A stretch of DNA of 64,000 nucleotides, from NCBI GenBank assembly GCA_963827235.1, contig CAWHAE010000012.1, positions 128,001-192,000 on the forward strand, written 5' to 3'. The notes under the pieces were generated by a model that saw nothing but the letters and a program-made list of their open reading frames with translations, was not told the origin of the DNA and searched no databases. The translations under genes and the position numbers were made by a program. This document shows positions 27,054 to 37,660 of this stretch, piece after piece. The stretch's first letter is position 1. Every line of letters starts with the position of its first letter. The stretch comes from an uncultured bacterium. Lineage in GTDB: Bacteria > Chloroflexota > UBA5177 > JANWHV01.

Positions 27054-28943
27054 TCAGTCGAGCATGCCCGTCTCGCTCAAGCTCCGCTGCACCGCGGCAA
27101 TGTTTATTCCGCTTTCCCAGGGCCGGCAGCGCGTGCCGCGCGGCGTCTTCTCCTCGTAGTACTCGCTCCAGGCCTCGGCTTCGTCTGCGAGCTCCAGCAC
27201 GTGGTCGCGCACTGCCCCGGCCAGCGGATCGCGCAGGGCGCTCAGGGCGTAGAGGAGCAGTGCCGCGTCATAACCCACGGAGCCTCGGCCGTCTTCGCGC
27301 GATGGCAGGTAGCCTCGTTCCTGGAACAGCGCGCTCGCGCTGCGCACGGCCGGCCACATCTCGCCGTTGCTCAGCTCCGTGGCGCGAATGAAGGCCGGTA
27401 GCAGCCCGGCCGAGTACAGCACTATCGCCCGCGGATCCTCAGGCGGCAGGCTGCCTTTCGCCGCGCAGCCGGGGCACACGTAGCGCCCGCTGCTTGTCCT
27501 GCTCGTCCAGCCGAACCAGCCCGCCGGTCCGCACGCCTCGCACACGCCGTGACGGTGCAGTGGCGGCTCGGCAAGGATCGCTCGCTCGGGAGAGTTGGCC
27601 ACCCAGACTCCTCCTCGCAGGAAATTGCTCCGCAAGGACGCCGCCGCCCGGCTACTGGCCACGCCGAAGTACTCGAGACGCTCGCGGCTCAACAAGCCAT
27701 GCCGGCGGGCGACTGCCAGCAATCGCCGGGCTGACTCGATGAAGAGCAAGGTCGCCTCGAACGAGCCATGGTTGAGGGCAGATCGGGGCAGGAAACCGCC
27801 GGCGACGTACGTCTCGTCGCCGTTGAAAGGCAGCATTCCTCCCCGCAGGTGCCCCACCTGCGCGGCCAGGCACCAGTCCAGCATGGGGAACAGGCGGACG
27901 ACAGAGTCCTCGCCGCCGCCGGCCTTTGCGTAGTCCAGGGCTTCCAGGATGGTGTAGGCGGTGAGCTCGACGTGGTCGTTCTCGTGGACGTGGCGAATGC
28001 GGTCATGGCCCATGCTTTCGGCGTTTGCCAGGTCGCCGAAGCGTTGCCACTTGCGGTAGCGGAATTCCAGATTGCGCCGTACCTCGTCGTGCAATCCAAG
28101 TGCCAGCAGGCCGCAGCACGTACCGTACTGGTCGCGCACGTAGGCCAGGGGAAAAGGGTAGCCGGCACTGATGCCCCCATCCGCCGACTGCTGCGCCGTG
28201 ATCAGCAAGGCAACGCTCTCCGCCAACCTCTCTATCCGGATGCGCCGCCCCCCGTCCAGCGCGGGATGAGCGTTCCGGATCGGCGAGCCGGCCAGCCGCG
28301 CGATCAGCGACCGGTCCACGGCGCGGCGCCGTTCCAGATGCTCCTCATACGGCGTGCGCAGGAGTCGCTCCACCGCGCGATCGGCTTCGGGATATGAAGT
28401 GCTGCCGGCAAAGGCAAGGTACGTCTCGCCGGGCCCCAGGTCGATGGCGCCGCCGTCACTGCACGCTCGAAGGCCGTCGAAGCCGGTGCCCCAACAGCGC
28501 AGCAGCAGGAAGCCGCGCTCTCCCGCGGGATAGAACAGTATTCTTGCCGTATCCGGCGCTACTACGGTTAGCCGCGCGGACCGGCTTCCCGCGTCGCTCT
28601 CCGCCCAATGGCAGGCATACTGCTCCGGCAGCCTGATGGTGAACGTTGCGCGCTCCGCGAGGCGCAGCCGGCACACACAGGCGGGCTCATCGGGCACGAC
28701 GAGCTGCTGCATCGTGCCCCGGACCATGCCGCGATCCTCGAACTGATGCTGCCACACCGACGTCCCGGCCTCTCTCGAGGACACGTAGGCCGGCGGGCGC
28801 CCGTCGCCGAGCGTCCAGGCACCGGCCAGCAGCGACTGCGACGTGTAGGGCTCGCCGAAGACGTCGATCACGTCGGCACCTCGTCCGTAGACGAGCAGTC
28901 GCCCGTTTCCCAGGGCGTGAATAGCAGTGCCTTGCGCCATCAT
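27054..28943 (-). CDS. (alpha/alpha)6 glycoside hydrolase, GH15/amylo-alpha-1,6-glucosidase-like, with a Cys4 insertion
   Basis: QSADGG...AYVRDQYG; C-terminal WSEYY/PWESG; CEAC...CPGC insert. Confidence 0.65.
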   Translation of the reverse strand: MMAQGTAIHALGNGRLLVYGRGADVIDVFGEPYTSQSLLAGAWTLGDGRPPAYVSSREAGTSVWQHQFEDRGMVRGTMQQLVVPDEPACVCRLRLAERATFTIRLPEQYACHWAESDAGSRSARLTVVAPDTARILFYPAGERGFLLLRCWGTGFDGLRACSDGGAIDLGPGETYLAFAGSTSYPEADRAVERLLRTPYEEHLERRRAVDRSLIARLAGSPIRNAHPALDGGRRIRIERLAESVALLITAQQSADGGISAGYPFPLAYVRDQYGTCCGLLALGLHDEVRRNLEFRYRKWQRFGDLANAESMGHDRIRHVHENDHVELTAYTILEALDYAKAGGGEDSVVRLFPMLDWCLAAQVGHLRGGMLPFNGDETYVAGGFLPRSALNHGSFEATLLFIESARRLLAVARRHGLLSRERLEYFGVASSRAAASLRSNFLRGGVWVANSPERAILAEPPLHRHGVCEACGPAGWFGWTSRTSSGRYVCPGCAAKGSLPPEDPRAIVLYSAGLLPAFIRATELSNGEMWPAVRSASALFQERGYLPSREDGRGSVGYDAALLLYALSALRDPLAGAVRDHVLELADEAEAWSEYYEEKTPRGTRCRPWESGINIAAVQRSLSETGMLD

Positions 28944-29521
28944 GCCGTCCCTTCTTGCGAATGCTGCTCGCGCCGCCGGCAGCGCGGCCGGACAAGCCGG
29001 ACTCAACCCGAAGGCCGCGGTATTCTCTCCACGGCCGAGCGTGAGCGGCGGGACAACCTGCTCAGGTGAACCGTTCTGGGATGAAAGCCGGCCGTTCGGT
29101 ATGCCGATTGCCGGGACCCGTTGCCTGTTTGCCGGCAGGGTCGCCTGCCCGCCGTCCTTTCAGCATATCGTGTCCGATAAGTCCGGCACCCGAGGGATCA
29201 ATGCCGCTCGTCCGGCTGCCGGCTGCCGGCAGTCCGCGCGTCGCGCCCACGGCCAACCCGGCAGAACGCCGTCGGTCGCCGGTCTCCGGCGACGCAAGGC
29301 CAACGCCGCCGAGCTTCGAAGCTACGCGCTTCGTGCCGGGCGATACACCATCCGGCACCGGCCGCGACCGAAAAACGTACAAGCAGGCCGAGCTTGCCCC
29401 CTGGAGGCCTGGCAGTGCCTGCTCAGCTTGGAGACAATGATGCTATGAGGAGGAATTGTTCTACGATGCACAGCCTGTACTTGGCCGATGGTGTCTGCCT
29501 GCCCGAAGGGAAGCGGTGACG

Positions 29522-32500
29522 ATGGTAAATGGTATCGATCCGGGTCAGAGCCTGGCGCTGTATGCGCGCTCCGCCGACCCTTCGCTTGACGAGGAGCTTT
29601 TCCGGAACCCGCCGAGCATCTATCGCGGGGCGCCGTTCTGGGCCTGGAATACGCGGCTGGACCGCGACCAATTGCTGCGCCAGCTACGGATCCTTCGCCA
29701 GATGGGCTTTGGCGGCGCGCACGTTCACGTGCGTACCGGCATGGCCACGCCCTATCTTGGCGATGAGTTCATGGATCTTGTGCGGAGCTGCACCGATCAG
29801 GCCCGGGCCGACGGCATGCTGATCTGGCTGTACGACGAGGATCGCTGGCCCTCCGGATTCGCCGGCGGCCTGGTGACGAAGCACAAGGAGTACCGCGCCA
29901 AGCACCTGCTGTTCACCACCACGGCGTACGGCGGCAAGGTCGAAGCGCCGAGCTTCGACAGCAATTCGCTGGCCAGCCGCCACGAAAACGGCACGCTGCT
30001 CGCTCGCTACCAGGTGGTGCTGGAAGGGGACCGGCTCACGTCGTACCGGCGGTTGCTCCCGGGCGAGCCGCTGCCCGGCGAGGCTGTCGGGGGGCGAATC
30101 TGGTACGCCTACCTGGAGACGGCCGAGACCTCTCCCTGGTGGAACAACCAAACCTACGTCGACACGCTAGACCCGGCCTCGATCGCGTGCTTCCTCGCCG
30201 TGACCCACGAGCGCTACGCCGAGGCAACCGGCGCCGAGTTCGGCAAGACCATTCCCGCCATCTTCACCGACGAGCCGCAGTTCATTCACAAAGTGGTGCC
30301 GCAGTGGGCCGGCGACACCCGGGATCTGTTTCTGCCCTGGACCACCGGCTTCGTCGATGGTTTTCGTGCTGCGTACGGTGACGATCCGCTCGACACGCTG
30401 CCCGAGGTGTTCTGGGAGCTTCCGGACAGCAGGCCGTCTCGCCCCCGCTACCGCTACCACGAATATCTCGCCGAGCGTTTTGCCTCCACCTTCGCCGGAC
30501 AGGTCGGCGCCTGGTGCGACGCGCACGGGCTGCGATTGACCGGCCACCTCATGGAAGAGCCGACGCTGCGCTCGCAGACGAGCGCCTTGGGCGAGGCCAT
30601 GCGCCCTCTCCGTTCCTTTCACATTCCCGGCATCGACATGCTGTGCGACTGGCACGAGTACACGACGGCGAAGCAGGCGCAGAGCGTGGCTCACCAGTAT
30701 GGCCGCCCGGGCGTGCTGAGCGAGCTCTACGGGGTGACGAATTGGGACTTCGACTTCGTCGGCCACAAGGCCCAGGGCGACTGGCAAGCCGCTCTGGGCG
30801 TCACGGTGCGCGTGCCTCATCTGTCTTGGGTCTCCATGGCTGGCGAGGCGAAACGCGACTATCCGGCCAGCATCTCCTACCAGTCACCCTGGTACGGTGA
30901 ATACCCGCTGGTGGAGAATCACTTCGCGCGGCTCAACACGGTCTTGACGCGCGGGCGGCCGCGCGTGCGGGTCGGAGTCATCCATCCCATCGAGTCCTAC
31001 TGGCTGGCCTTTGGCCCGCTGGAGCAGACCGGCGTCGAGCGGTCGGAGCGCGAGTCGCAGTTCGCGAATCTGACCGAGTGGCTGCTCTTCGGTCTGATCG
31101 ACTTCGACTTCATCGCCGAATCGCTGCTCTCGGAGCTCTCGCCGCTCGACGGCGCACCGGACCCGCGCCTCGCAGTGGGTACCATGGCCTACGACGTGGT
31201 GGTCGTGCCGGGGCTCCGCACCATCCGGGCCGGCACCCTGGACCGGCTCGAGCGGTTCGCCGACGCCGGCGGCGCCGTGCTCTTCGTGGGCGACGTGCCG
31301 TCGCTGGTCGACGCCGTGCCGTCCGATCGCCCGCGGATGCTCGCGGCGCGCTGCCGCCGCGCCCCCTTCAGCCGTGCCGGGATGCTCGAGGCGCTGGCGC
31401 CGGTCAAAGAGATCGACGCGCGCTTGTCCGACGGCACCACGGCAGCCACGCTGCTGCATCAGCTACGCGAGGATGGCGACCGGCGCTCGCTCTTCCTCTG
31501 CAACACCGACAAGCGCCACGGCTACGACGTCGTGCTGACCATCCAGGGCCGTTGGCGCCCCGTGCGGTTGGAGACCCTCGACGGCAGCATCCACGCGATG
31601 CCATCCCGCCTGGTGAACGGCGCCACGCGGCTCTCCTGGCACGCGACCGCGCACGGCAGCCTGCTTCTTCAGCTTCTGCCGGTCGCCGAGCCTGCCGCCA
31701 TGCATGCCGAGGAGCAGGAGGAGCACGTGACCTGGACGGTCCTCCGCCGTTTGGACGATCCGGTGCCCATCGTGTGCTCGGAGCCCAACGTGTTGCTGCT
31801 CGACAGTGCATCCTATCGCCTCGACGACGGCGCCTGGCGCGGCGAAGAGGAAGTGCTGCGTATCGACAACATTCTGCGCGCCGAGCTGGGCTACCCGCTG
31901 AAAATGGACGCCGTCGCGCAGCCGTGGACGCAGCCGCCCGCTGTCACGCCGCACACGGTCGGCCTGCGTTTCCGCATCCAGACCGGCGTGGCGGTCTCGG
32001 CACCGCTGCTGGCCCTCGAGGACGCCGGCGCGGTCGGCATCCGGCTGGACGGCGCCCCGGTGGAGTGCCGGATTACCGGCTGGTGGGTCGACGAGGCCAT
32101 CGCTACGCGGGCGTTGCCCGACCTGGCGCCCGGGCTGCACGAGCTGGCACTCGAGGTGCCGTACGGCAGCCAGAGCAACCTGGAGTGGTGTTATCTGCTC
32201 GGCAATTTCGGCGTGCGCGTGCACGGCCGGCACGCCCGCCTCGTTGAGCCTCCGCGCGAGCTTGCCTTCGGCGACTGGACGGGACAAGGCCTGCCGTTCT
32301 TCGCCGGCAATGTCACGTACCGGTGCCGCTTCGATAGTCCAGGAGGTCGCCTGGCGGTGCGTGTGCCTGACTTCAAGGCGCCTGTACTGGCCGTGGAGCT
32401 GGATGGTATTCGTGTCGGTCCCCTTGCCTTTGATCCGTTCCGCGTGGATCTCGGACTCGTGGCGCCCGGCTTGCACGAGGTCGGTCTGACCGCGTACGGC

Positions 32501-32689
32501 AATCGGGTCAACGCCTTCGGACCCGTGCACAACGCCAATTTGGAGCTGACCTGGTTCGGGCCCAACGGGTGGCGCACCACAGGCGACGATTGGGCGTATG
32601 AATATCAGCTGAAGCCCATGGGCATCTTGAGCGCGCCCCGCCTGGAGCAGTACGTCGCGGTGGGGGAGCCTGGACCGCGAATGGACTGA
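29522..32689 (+). CDS. Large glycoside hydrolase (GH106/alpha-L-rhamnosidase-like with beta-sandwich domains)
   Basis: PFWAWN, WLYDEDRWPSG, IFTDEP, TGHLMEE, PGIDML, KRDYP, GLPFFAG motifs. Confidence 0.8.
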   Translation: MVNGIDPGQSLALYARSADPSLDEELFRNPPSIYRGAPFWAWNTRLDRDQLLRQLRILRQMGFGGAHVHVRTGMATPYLGDEFMDLVRSCTDQARADGMLIWLYDEDRWPSGFAGGLVTKHKEYRAKHLLFTTTAYGGKVEAPSFDSNSLASRHENGTLLARYQVVLEGDRLTSYRRLLPGEPLPGEAVGGRIWYAYLETAETSPWWNNQTYVDTLDPASIACFLAVTHERYAEATGAEFGKTIPAIFTDEPQFIHKVVPQWAGDTRDLFLPWTTGFVDGFRAAYGDDPLDTLPEVFWELPDSRPSRPRYRYHEYLAERFASTFAGQVGAWCDAHGLRLTGHLMEEPTLRSQTSALGEAMRPLRSFHIPGIDMLCDWHEYTTAKQAQSVAHQYGRPGVLSELYGVTNWDFDFVGHKAQGDWQAALGVTVRVPHLSWVSMAGEAKRDYPASISYQSPWYGEYPLVENHFARLNTVLTRGRPRVRVGVIHPIESYWLAFGPLEQTGVERSERESQFANLTEWLLFGLIDFDFIAESLLSELSPLDGAPDPRLAVGTMAYDVVVVPGLRTIRAGTLDRLERFADAGGAVLFVGDVPSLVDAVPSDRPRMLAARCRRAPFSRAGMLEALAPVKEIDARLSDGTTAATLLHQLREDGDRRSLFLCNTDKRHGYDVVLTIQGRWRPVRLETLDGSIHAMPSRLVNGATRLSWHATAHGSLLLQLLPVAEPAAMHAEEQEEHVTWTVLRRLDDPVPIVCSEPNVLLLDSASYRLDDGAWRGEEEVLRIDNILRAELGYPLKMDAVAQPWTQPPAVTPHTVGLRFRIQTGVAVSAPLLALEDAGAVGIRLDGAPVECRITGWWVDEAIATRALPDLAPGLHELALEVPYGSQSNLEWCYLLGNFGVRVHGRHARLVEPPRELAFGDWTGQGLPFFAGNVTYRCRFDSPGGRLAVRVPDFKAPVLAVELDGIRVGPLAFDPFRVDLGLVAPGLHEVGLTAYGNRVNAFGPVHNANLELTWFGPNGWRTTGDDWAYEYQLKPMGILSAPRLEQYVAVGEPGPRMD

Positions 32690-32776
32690 CTCGAATCTCG
32701 CAGAACTGAACCGGAGCCGCCGTTAAGCCGGCAAGCTTTACTCGCGCGCCGGTGCGCGCACAGGGGCGGGCAGGAT

Positions 32777-32876
32777 GTGTCTGTTGATTTTCGCACTTCG
32801 ACCACAAGGTGTAGCGCCATCTGCTGTGCCTGCTGCACAGCATGTCGTAGGCTCAAGGTCGATTTTCAACAGACAC
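32777..32876. mobile_element. 100-bp MITE-like element
   Basis: Perfect 11-bp terminal inverted repeats GTGTCTGTTGA/TCAACAGACAC flanked by 5-bp direct repeat AGGAT (32772-32776 and 32877-32881). Confidence 0.75.
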
Positions 32877-33145
32877 AGGATGCCCGCGGTCCCGGGCTGG
32901 GGCAACGTATGAAGAATCCGGCGTGACCTGACTCTGGAGACCGCCTGCACCGGCCGGGCCCGTGTCGGCCACGGGCCCGGCCGGTGCAGCGTTCGCGCCG
33001 TGCTCTCACGTGTACAGTGCGGTGTGCCGGGCGTGATAGATGTCATGTCGCGGAGGTGAGATCTGCTACTACACCCGCCGCCTTTCCCCGCCTACACTTG
33101 ACGTGACGCGCGGACAGCGAAGCGTGCGGGAATGGCGGCGACGGC

Positions 33146-34417
33146 ATGGATGCGAGGCAGGGAGGCAGCGGCGGCAGGACCGCCCGCTCGCGTCGCTTTG
33201 CCGTCCGATTGCCCGGCGGGGCCGGCTCTCACGCATCTCTCAGGTACCTCCTGTGGCCGCTGTGGCTCATCTGGCTGCCCTACCTTGCCTACCCCCTGAC
33301 CACGCTGGCCGGCACGCACCCGCCTGCCGCCCGTCTGGCAATCTCCGCCGGCGCGGTCGTGCTGTTCGCGGCTCTGTACGCGTGGGCAGCGTGGCATCTC
33401 ACCGAGTGCCTGGGTGCCCAGGGGTACCACTGGCGGGCGCGCTATGCCCTCCCGCCCGCGGCGATGGCGCTGGTCAGCCTGGTGTTGAGCCTGGCCGATG
33501 GACGCGACTGGCTACTGCTGTTTGACTACGCGGCCGCGGTGGCCGGCGTATTCTTGCCGCTTCTCGCCGGGACCGGAGCCACGGCTGGTCTTTTTGCTGT
33601 GGCCTCTGCTACCAGCCTGTCTCTGCAAGGCGGCTGGACGAGCGTATTCCAGGCTCCCTACGACGTCGTGCTATCCGGCTTGTCGACCGTGGGCGTGGTC
33701 TGGCTCCTGGACATGAACAGGGCGCTCCGCGATGCGCGCCAGGAGATCGCGCGCCTGGCAGTGAGCGAAGAACGCCTGCGCTTCGCGCGCGACCTGCACG
33801 ATTTGCTGGGGCACAGCCTCTCGCTGATCGCGATCAAGAGCGAGCTGGCGGGCCGGCTGGTGCTCTCCTCGCCGGAGAGGGCGGCCACCGAGATCGGCGA
33901 CGTGGAGAGCGTCGCCCGTGCGGCACTCCAGGAGGTGCGCGCCGCCGTTGCCGGATACCGCGCGGCGACGCTCGCCGACGAGCTGGATTCCGCGCGGGAG
34001 ATCCTGGATGCGGCGGGTGTAGCCCTGACCTGTGATTGGGCGTGCGGGCCGCTCCCGCTCGACGTCGAGCGGGTCCTTGCCTGGATCGTGCGTGAGGGCA
34101 TGACGAACGTGATCAAGCACAGTCGCGCGCGCCACTGCCTGGTGCGGTTGGTGCTGGACGCGGACTCGGCATGCATTTCCGTCGAGAACGACGGCCCCGC
34201 AGCTGCCGATCCGCCCGCCTCGGGCGGCACCGGCCTGATCGGCCTGTCGGAGCGAGTGGATGAGGCGGGGGGACGATTCACGGCCGCCGCTCTGCCCACG
34301 GGAGGCTTCCGCATCGCTGCCGCTGTGCCACTTCACCGCTCGACGGGCCGGCAGCCCGTACCGGCAGCGTCCGGCGAACGCGGCCGCACGGAGATTGGGA
34401 CGGTGCAAGACGTATGA
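33146..34417 (+). CDS. DesK-like (HisKA_3) membrane sensor histidine kinase
   Basis: ERLRFARDLHDLLGHSLS, EGMTNVIKHS, GTGLIGL; multiple N-terminal TMs. Confidence 0.93.
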   Translation: MDARQGGSGGRTARSRRFAVRLPGGAGSHASLRYLLWPLWLIWLPYLAYPLTTLAGTHPPAARLAISAGAVVLFAALYAWAAWHLTECLGAQGYHWRARYALPPAAMALVSLVLSLADGRDWLLLFDYAAAVAGVFLPLLAGTGATAGLFAVASATSLSLQGGWTSVFQAPYDVVLSGLSTVGVVWLLDMNRALRDARQEIARLAVSEERLRFARDLHDLLGHSLSLIAIKSELAGRLVLSSPERAATEIGDVESVARAALQEVRAAVAGYRAATLADELDSAREILDAAGVALTCDWACGPLPLDVERVLAWIVREGMTNVIKHSRARHCLVRLVLDADSACISVENDGPAAADPPASGGTGLIGLSERVDEAGGRFTAAALPTGGFRIAAAVPLHRSTGRQPVPAASGERGRTEIGTVQDV

Positions 34418-35019
34418 TTCGCGTGCTCCTGGCAGAGGACCAGGCGATGGTCCGCGGAGCGCTGGCCGCGCTCCTCACTCTCGAAGGCGACATCGAGATC
34501 GTGGCCGAGGTGGCGCGCGGCGACGAGGTGGTGGAGAGCGCCGCCGCGTGCAATCCCGACGTTGCCTTGCTCGACATCGAGATGCCCGGCTGCGACGGAC
34601 TGGCCGCGGCCGCCTCTCTGCGGGCGCGGCTGCCCGATTGCCGCGTGCTGATCCTCACCACGTTTGGAAGACCCGGCTATCTGCGGAGGGCGGTGGAGAA
34701 CGGCGTGGTCGGCTTTCTGCTCAAGGATGCGCCGGCGGCTCAGCTCGCGGTGGCGATCCGCAGAGTAATGGCCGGCGAGCGCGTTATCGACCCCGCACTT
34801 GCCGTCACTGCCTTGGCGGTGGGAGCCAATCCGCTCACGGAGCGGGAGCGCGCGGTGCTTCGCGCCGCGGCGCCCGGCGCGAGCGTGCCGGAGATCGCGC
34901 GCTCGCTTCATCTTTCGGAGGGCACCGTGCGCAACTACCTCTCGGAAGCGGGCCAGAAGCTAGGCGCGCGGAATCGCGCGGAAGCGGCGTCTATCGCGGC
35001 GCGAAATGGATGGCTCTGA
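34414..35019 (+). CDS. DesR-like NarL/LuxR response regulator
   Basis: MIRVLLAEDQ, LLDIEMP, TTFGRPGY, LKD, LTERE...SEGTVRNY. Confidence 0.95.
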   Translation: MIRVLLAEDQAMVRGALAALLTLEGDIEIVAEVARGDEVVESAAACNPDVALLDIEMPGCDGLAAAASLRARLPDCRVLILTTFGRPGYLRRAVENGVVGFLLKDAPAAQLAVAIRRVMAGERVIDPALAVTALAVGANPLTERERAVLRAAAPGASVPEIARSLHLSEGTVRNYLSEAGQKLGARNRAEAASIAARNGWL

Positions 35020-36011
35020 TGCAGCCGCCTGACGGCCGGCTAGGCGTGGAAGCGGCGGCGGGCGCCCCTGCCGTGGCCGTGCGCGTGGAAGGGCTGACCA
35101 AGCGATACCACGGCGTACCGGCGGTCAACGGTCTCAGCTTTGGGGTGCTTGCGGGCGAGATATTCGGCTTGCTGGGACCAAACGGTGCCGGCAAGACCAC
35201 CACCATGAACATGCTATGCGGGCTGCTCCAGCCCGACGCCGGCACCGTCAGTATTCACGGCCGCCCACTCTGCCGGGGCAACCGGGACGTTCGCCTCCAG
35301 GTGGGCGTCTGTCCCCAGGAGGCGGTACTGTGGGAGCGCCTGACCGGCTTGGAGCAGCTCCAGTTTGCCGGCCAGATGTATGGCATGGCGGGGCCGGCGG
35401 CACGCCGTTCCGGACGGCAGCTTCTCGCCGACCTGGATCTGGATGCCGCGCGCGACAAGCAGGCTCGCATGCTCTCGGGCGGTATGAAACGCCGTCTCAG
35501 CCTGGCGATGGCTCTGATCCACGATCCGCAGATCGTCGTCCTCGATGAGCCGGAAGCAGGGCTGGATCCGCAGAGCCGGGTGGCCGTGCGCGAGTACATC
35601 AGGGGTCTGGCCGGCAGGAAGACAGTGATCCTCACCACGCACGATATGGACGAAGCCGATCGCATGGTCGACCGCCTGGCGATCATCGACCGCGGAAACC
35701 TGCTCGTGCTCGACACGCCGCAGGCGCTCAAGCGCGCCGTGGGGGGCGGCGACATCGTCGAGATTGCGCTCGACGGCGGCCAAGAGACGTTGCGGTGCGT
35801 GGAGCCGGCGTTGGCCGCATTCGTGGATCGAAGTGCCATCCAGTACCTAGACGGCCGGTTGATCATCCGCTCGCTCGACGTCGTGAGCAAGCTCGCGGCC
35901 ATCCTGGGCGCGCTCGCCGGCTGCGGTCTTCGTCCCGGGGAGGTACACGTGCGCGCCAACTCGCTGGAAGACGTGTTCATTCAGCTCACGGGGCGGAGGC
36001 TGCGCCAATGA
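35019..36011 (+). CDS. ABC transporter ATP-binding protein (ABC-2/DrrA-like)
   Basis: GPNGAGKTT, LSGGM, VLDEP, TTH; ATG overlaps the regulator stop. Confidence 0.93.
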   Translation: MQPPDGRLGVEAAAGAPAVAVRVEGLTKRYHGVPAVNGLSFGVLAGEIFGLLGPNGAGKTTTMNMLCGLLQPDAGTVSIHGRPLCRGNRDVRLQVGVCPQEAVLWERLTGLEQLQFAGQMYGMAGPAARRSGRQLLADLDLDAARDKQARMLSGGMKRRLSLAMALIHDPQIVVLDEPEAGLDPQSRVAVREYIRGLAGRKTVILTTHDMDEADRMVDRLAIIDRGNLLVLDTPQALKRAVGGGDIVEIALDGGQETLRCVEPALAAFVDRSAIQYLDGRLIIRSLDVVSKLAAILGALAGCGLRPGEVHVRANSLEDVFIQLTGRRLRQ

Positions 36012-37171
36012 GGGCCTGTATCATCTGCCGGCGGATTCTGCGCGAGCAGCTTCGCGAGCCGCTCACGCTGATCCTGGCGCTCGTCTTCGCCCCGTTCTTC
36101 GTGTTCCTCTACTGGACCTTCTTTCCCAGCGGCTCGACGACCTACAGCGTGCTGGTACAGAACCGGGACGTCGTCGTCGGGGCGGGCGACGGCAGTTTGC
36201 AGGCAGGGGAACAGATCGTGGCCGCGCTCCGTTCCGTGAAGTATGCCAACGGCAATCCCTTGCTCACGGTCGGCATCGTCCGCGATCGCGCCGCGGCCGT
36301 CCGGAGCCTGCGCGACCGCGATGCCGCGGTGCTGGTGATCATTCCGCCCACATTCTCGCGTGACGTTGTCCGGCGGCGAGCGGGAACCGGGGCCGCGCTC
36401 ACGCTCGTGGGCGACGTCACGAATCCCCAATACGCCGTGGCTGCCGCGGTCACCGGCGCCGCGATCGACACACGCCTGCGCACGATGACGGGACTGCAGC
36501 TGCCGGTACGGATGGTGGAGTTGCCGCTGGGTGCTTCCGCCGCCCGCTCGGAATTCGAGACCTATGTTCCCGGTCTGCTGATCTTTGCCACCACGCTGCT
36601 CATGTTCCTTGCCGCGATGATCGTGGCGCGGGAGGTGGAAAGCGGTACGCTCCGCCGGCTGCGTCTGTCGTGCATGTCGGCCATCGACTACTTCGGCGGC
36701 ATCACACTGGCGCTGGCGATCGTCGGCATCGCCGCCCTCGGCCTGACGTTCCTCACGGCCCTGGCGCTGGGGTTCCGCAGCGCGGGACCGCTCTGGGTGG
36801 CGATGCTCGCCGGGACCATGAGCAGTCTCTCCGCCATCGGCGTGGGCCTGATCGTGGCCTGCTTTGCCCGTTCCGCCATCCAGGCGTTCCTGATCGCCAA
36901 CTTCCCCCTGGCCTGCTTCATGTTCTTCACGGGGGCGGTATTTCCCATGCCGCGAGTCTCCTGGATTACCCTGGGCGGCCATGCCCTTGGTCCTTACGAT
37001 ATCCTGCCTCCCACGCACGCGGTCGCAGCCCTGAACGACGTCTTCACCCTGGGTTCAGGCGCGGGCGACGTGATTTTCGAGCTGGCCGGCCTGACTGTTC
37101 TCTCCGTACTCTATCTGGTGGGCGGCATTGTGCTCTTCGAGCGCCGCCGCCTTGCCTCGCCGCTCTGGTAG
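36008..37171 (+). CDS. ABC-2 type transporter permease
   Basis: N-terminal TM, extracellular loop, YVPGL, REVESGTLRRL, LPPTHA; ATGA overlap. Confidence 0.9.
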   Translation: MRACIICRRILREQLREPLTLILALVFAPFFVFLYWTFFPSGSTTYSVLVQNRDVVVGAGDGSLQAGEQIVAALRSVKYANGNPLLTVGIVRDRAAAVRSLRDRDAAVLVIIPPTFSRDVVRRRAGTGAALTLVGDVTNPQYAVAAAVTGAAIDTRLRTMTGLQLPVRMVELPLGASAARSEFETYVPGLLIFATTLLMFLAAMIVAREVESGTLRRLRLSCMSAIDYFGGITLALAIVGIAALGLTFLTALALGFRSAGPLWVAMLAGTMSSLSAIGVGLIVACFARSAIQAFLIANFPLACFMFFTGAVFPMPRVSWITLGGHALGPYDILPPTHAVAALNDVFTLGSGAGDVIFELAGLTVLSVLYLVGGIVLFERRRLASPLW

Positions 37172-37174
37172 CGG

Positions 37175-37477
37175 ATGCGCATGCCGCCGCGGCCGGCGGC
37201 GGGAGCAGCACGGACATCCATGCCCCCCACTTTTGGCCATCAGCTACGGCAGGCCGCGCAGCCGGGCAAGATCACCGTGGGCGGCGCAACCGGCTCCGAG
37301 CTGGGCGGAGACGTCGACGAAGAGGAAGCGGTAGCCACGGCTCTACAGGCTTTCGCCGACGGCATCTACTTCGTCTTTCTTGACGACGTACAGCAGGAGG
37401 ATCTGGATGCCGTCGTCGCACTGCAGCCCGAGAGCACGCTGACCTTCATTCGCCTCACCGCTCTCGCCGGCGGTTGA
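37175..37477 (+). pseudogene. C-terminal part of a ubiquitin/ThiS-like protein ending in Gly-Gly
   Basis: AVATALQAFADGIYFVFLDD...LTFIRLTALAGG*; the N-terminal portion looks non-homologous or lost. Confidence 0.6.
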
Positions 37478-37526
37478 GCCTCGCAGACATCCTGTTTGCC
37501 CACACCGTTCAGCTGGGGAGAAGCCG

Positions 37527-37660
37527 ATGCTCAGCCGCGAAGCCCACCCCGACGCCTTCGTGCGCATGGTTTTCCTGATGCTGGACCACGATCTGATACG
37601 CTTCTCGGCCGCCGTCCGCGCGATCGACGGGTGGTTCGGCTTCGCCCGGGAGGTGGACGG
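37527..37660 (+). pseudogene. Internal fragment of a DUF4132/DUF5724-type large protein
   Basis: EAHPDAFVRMVFLMLDHDLIRFSAAVRAIDGWFG resembles this family from memory and follows the Gly-Gly protein. Confidence 0.45.

Noticed and set aside
34260-36011. 583-aa ORF suggesting an N-terminally extended ABC ATPase
   Set aside because: Extension is an alternate frame of the response regulator; the real start is the ATG at 35019
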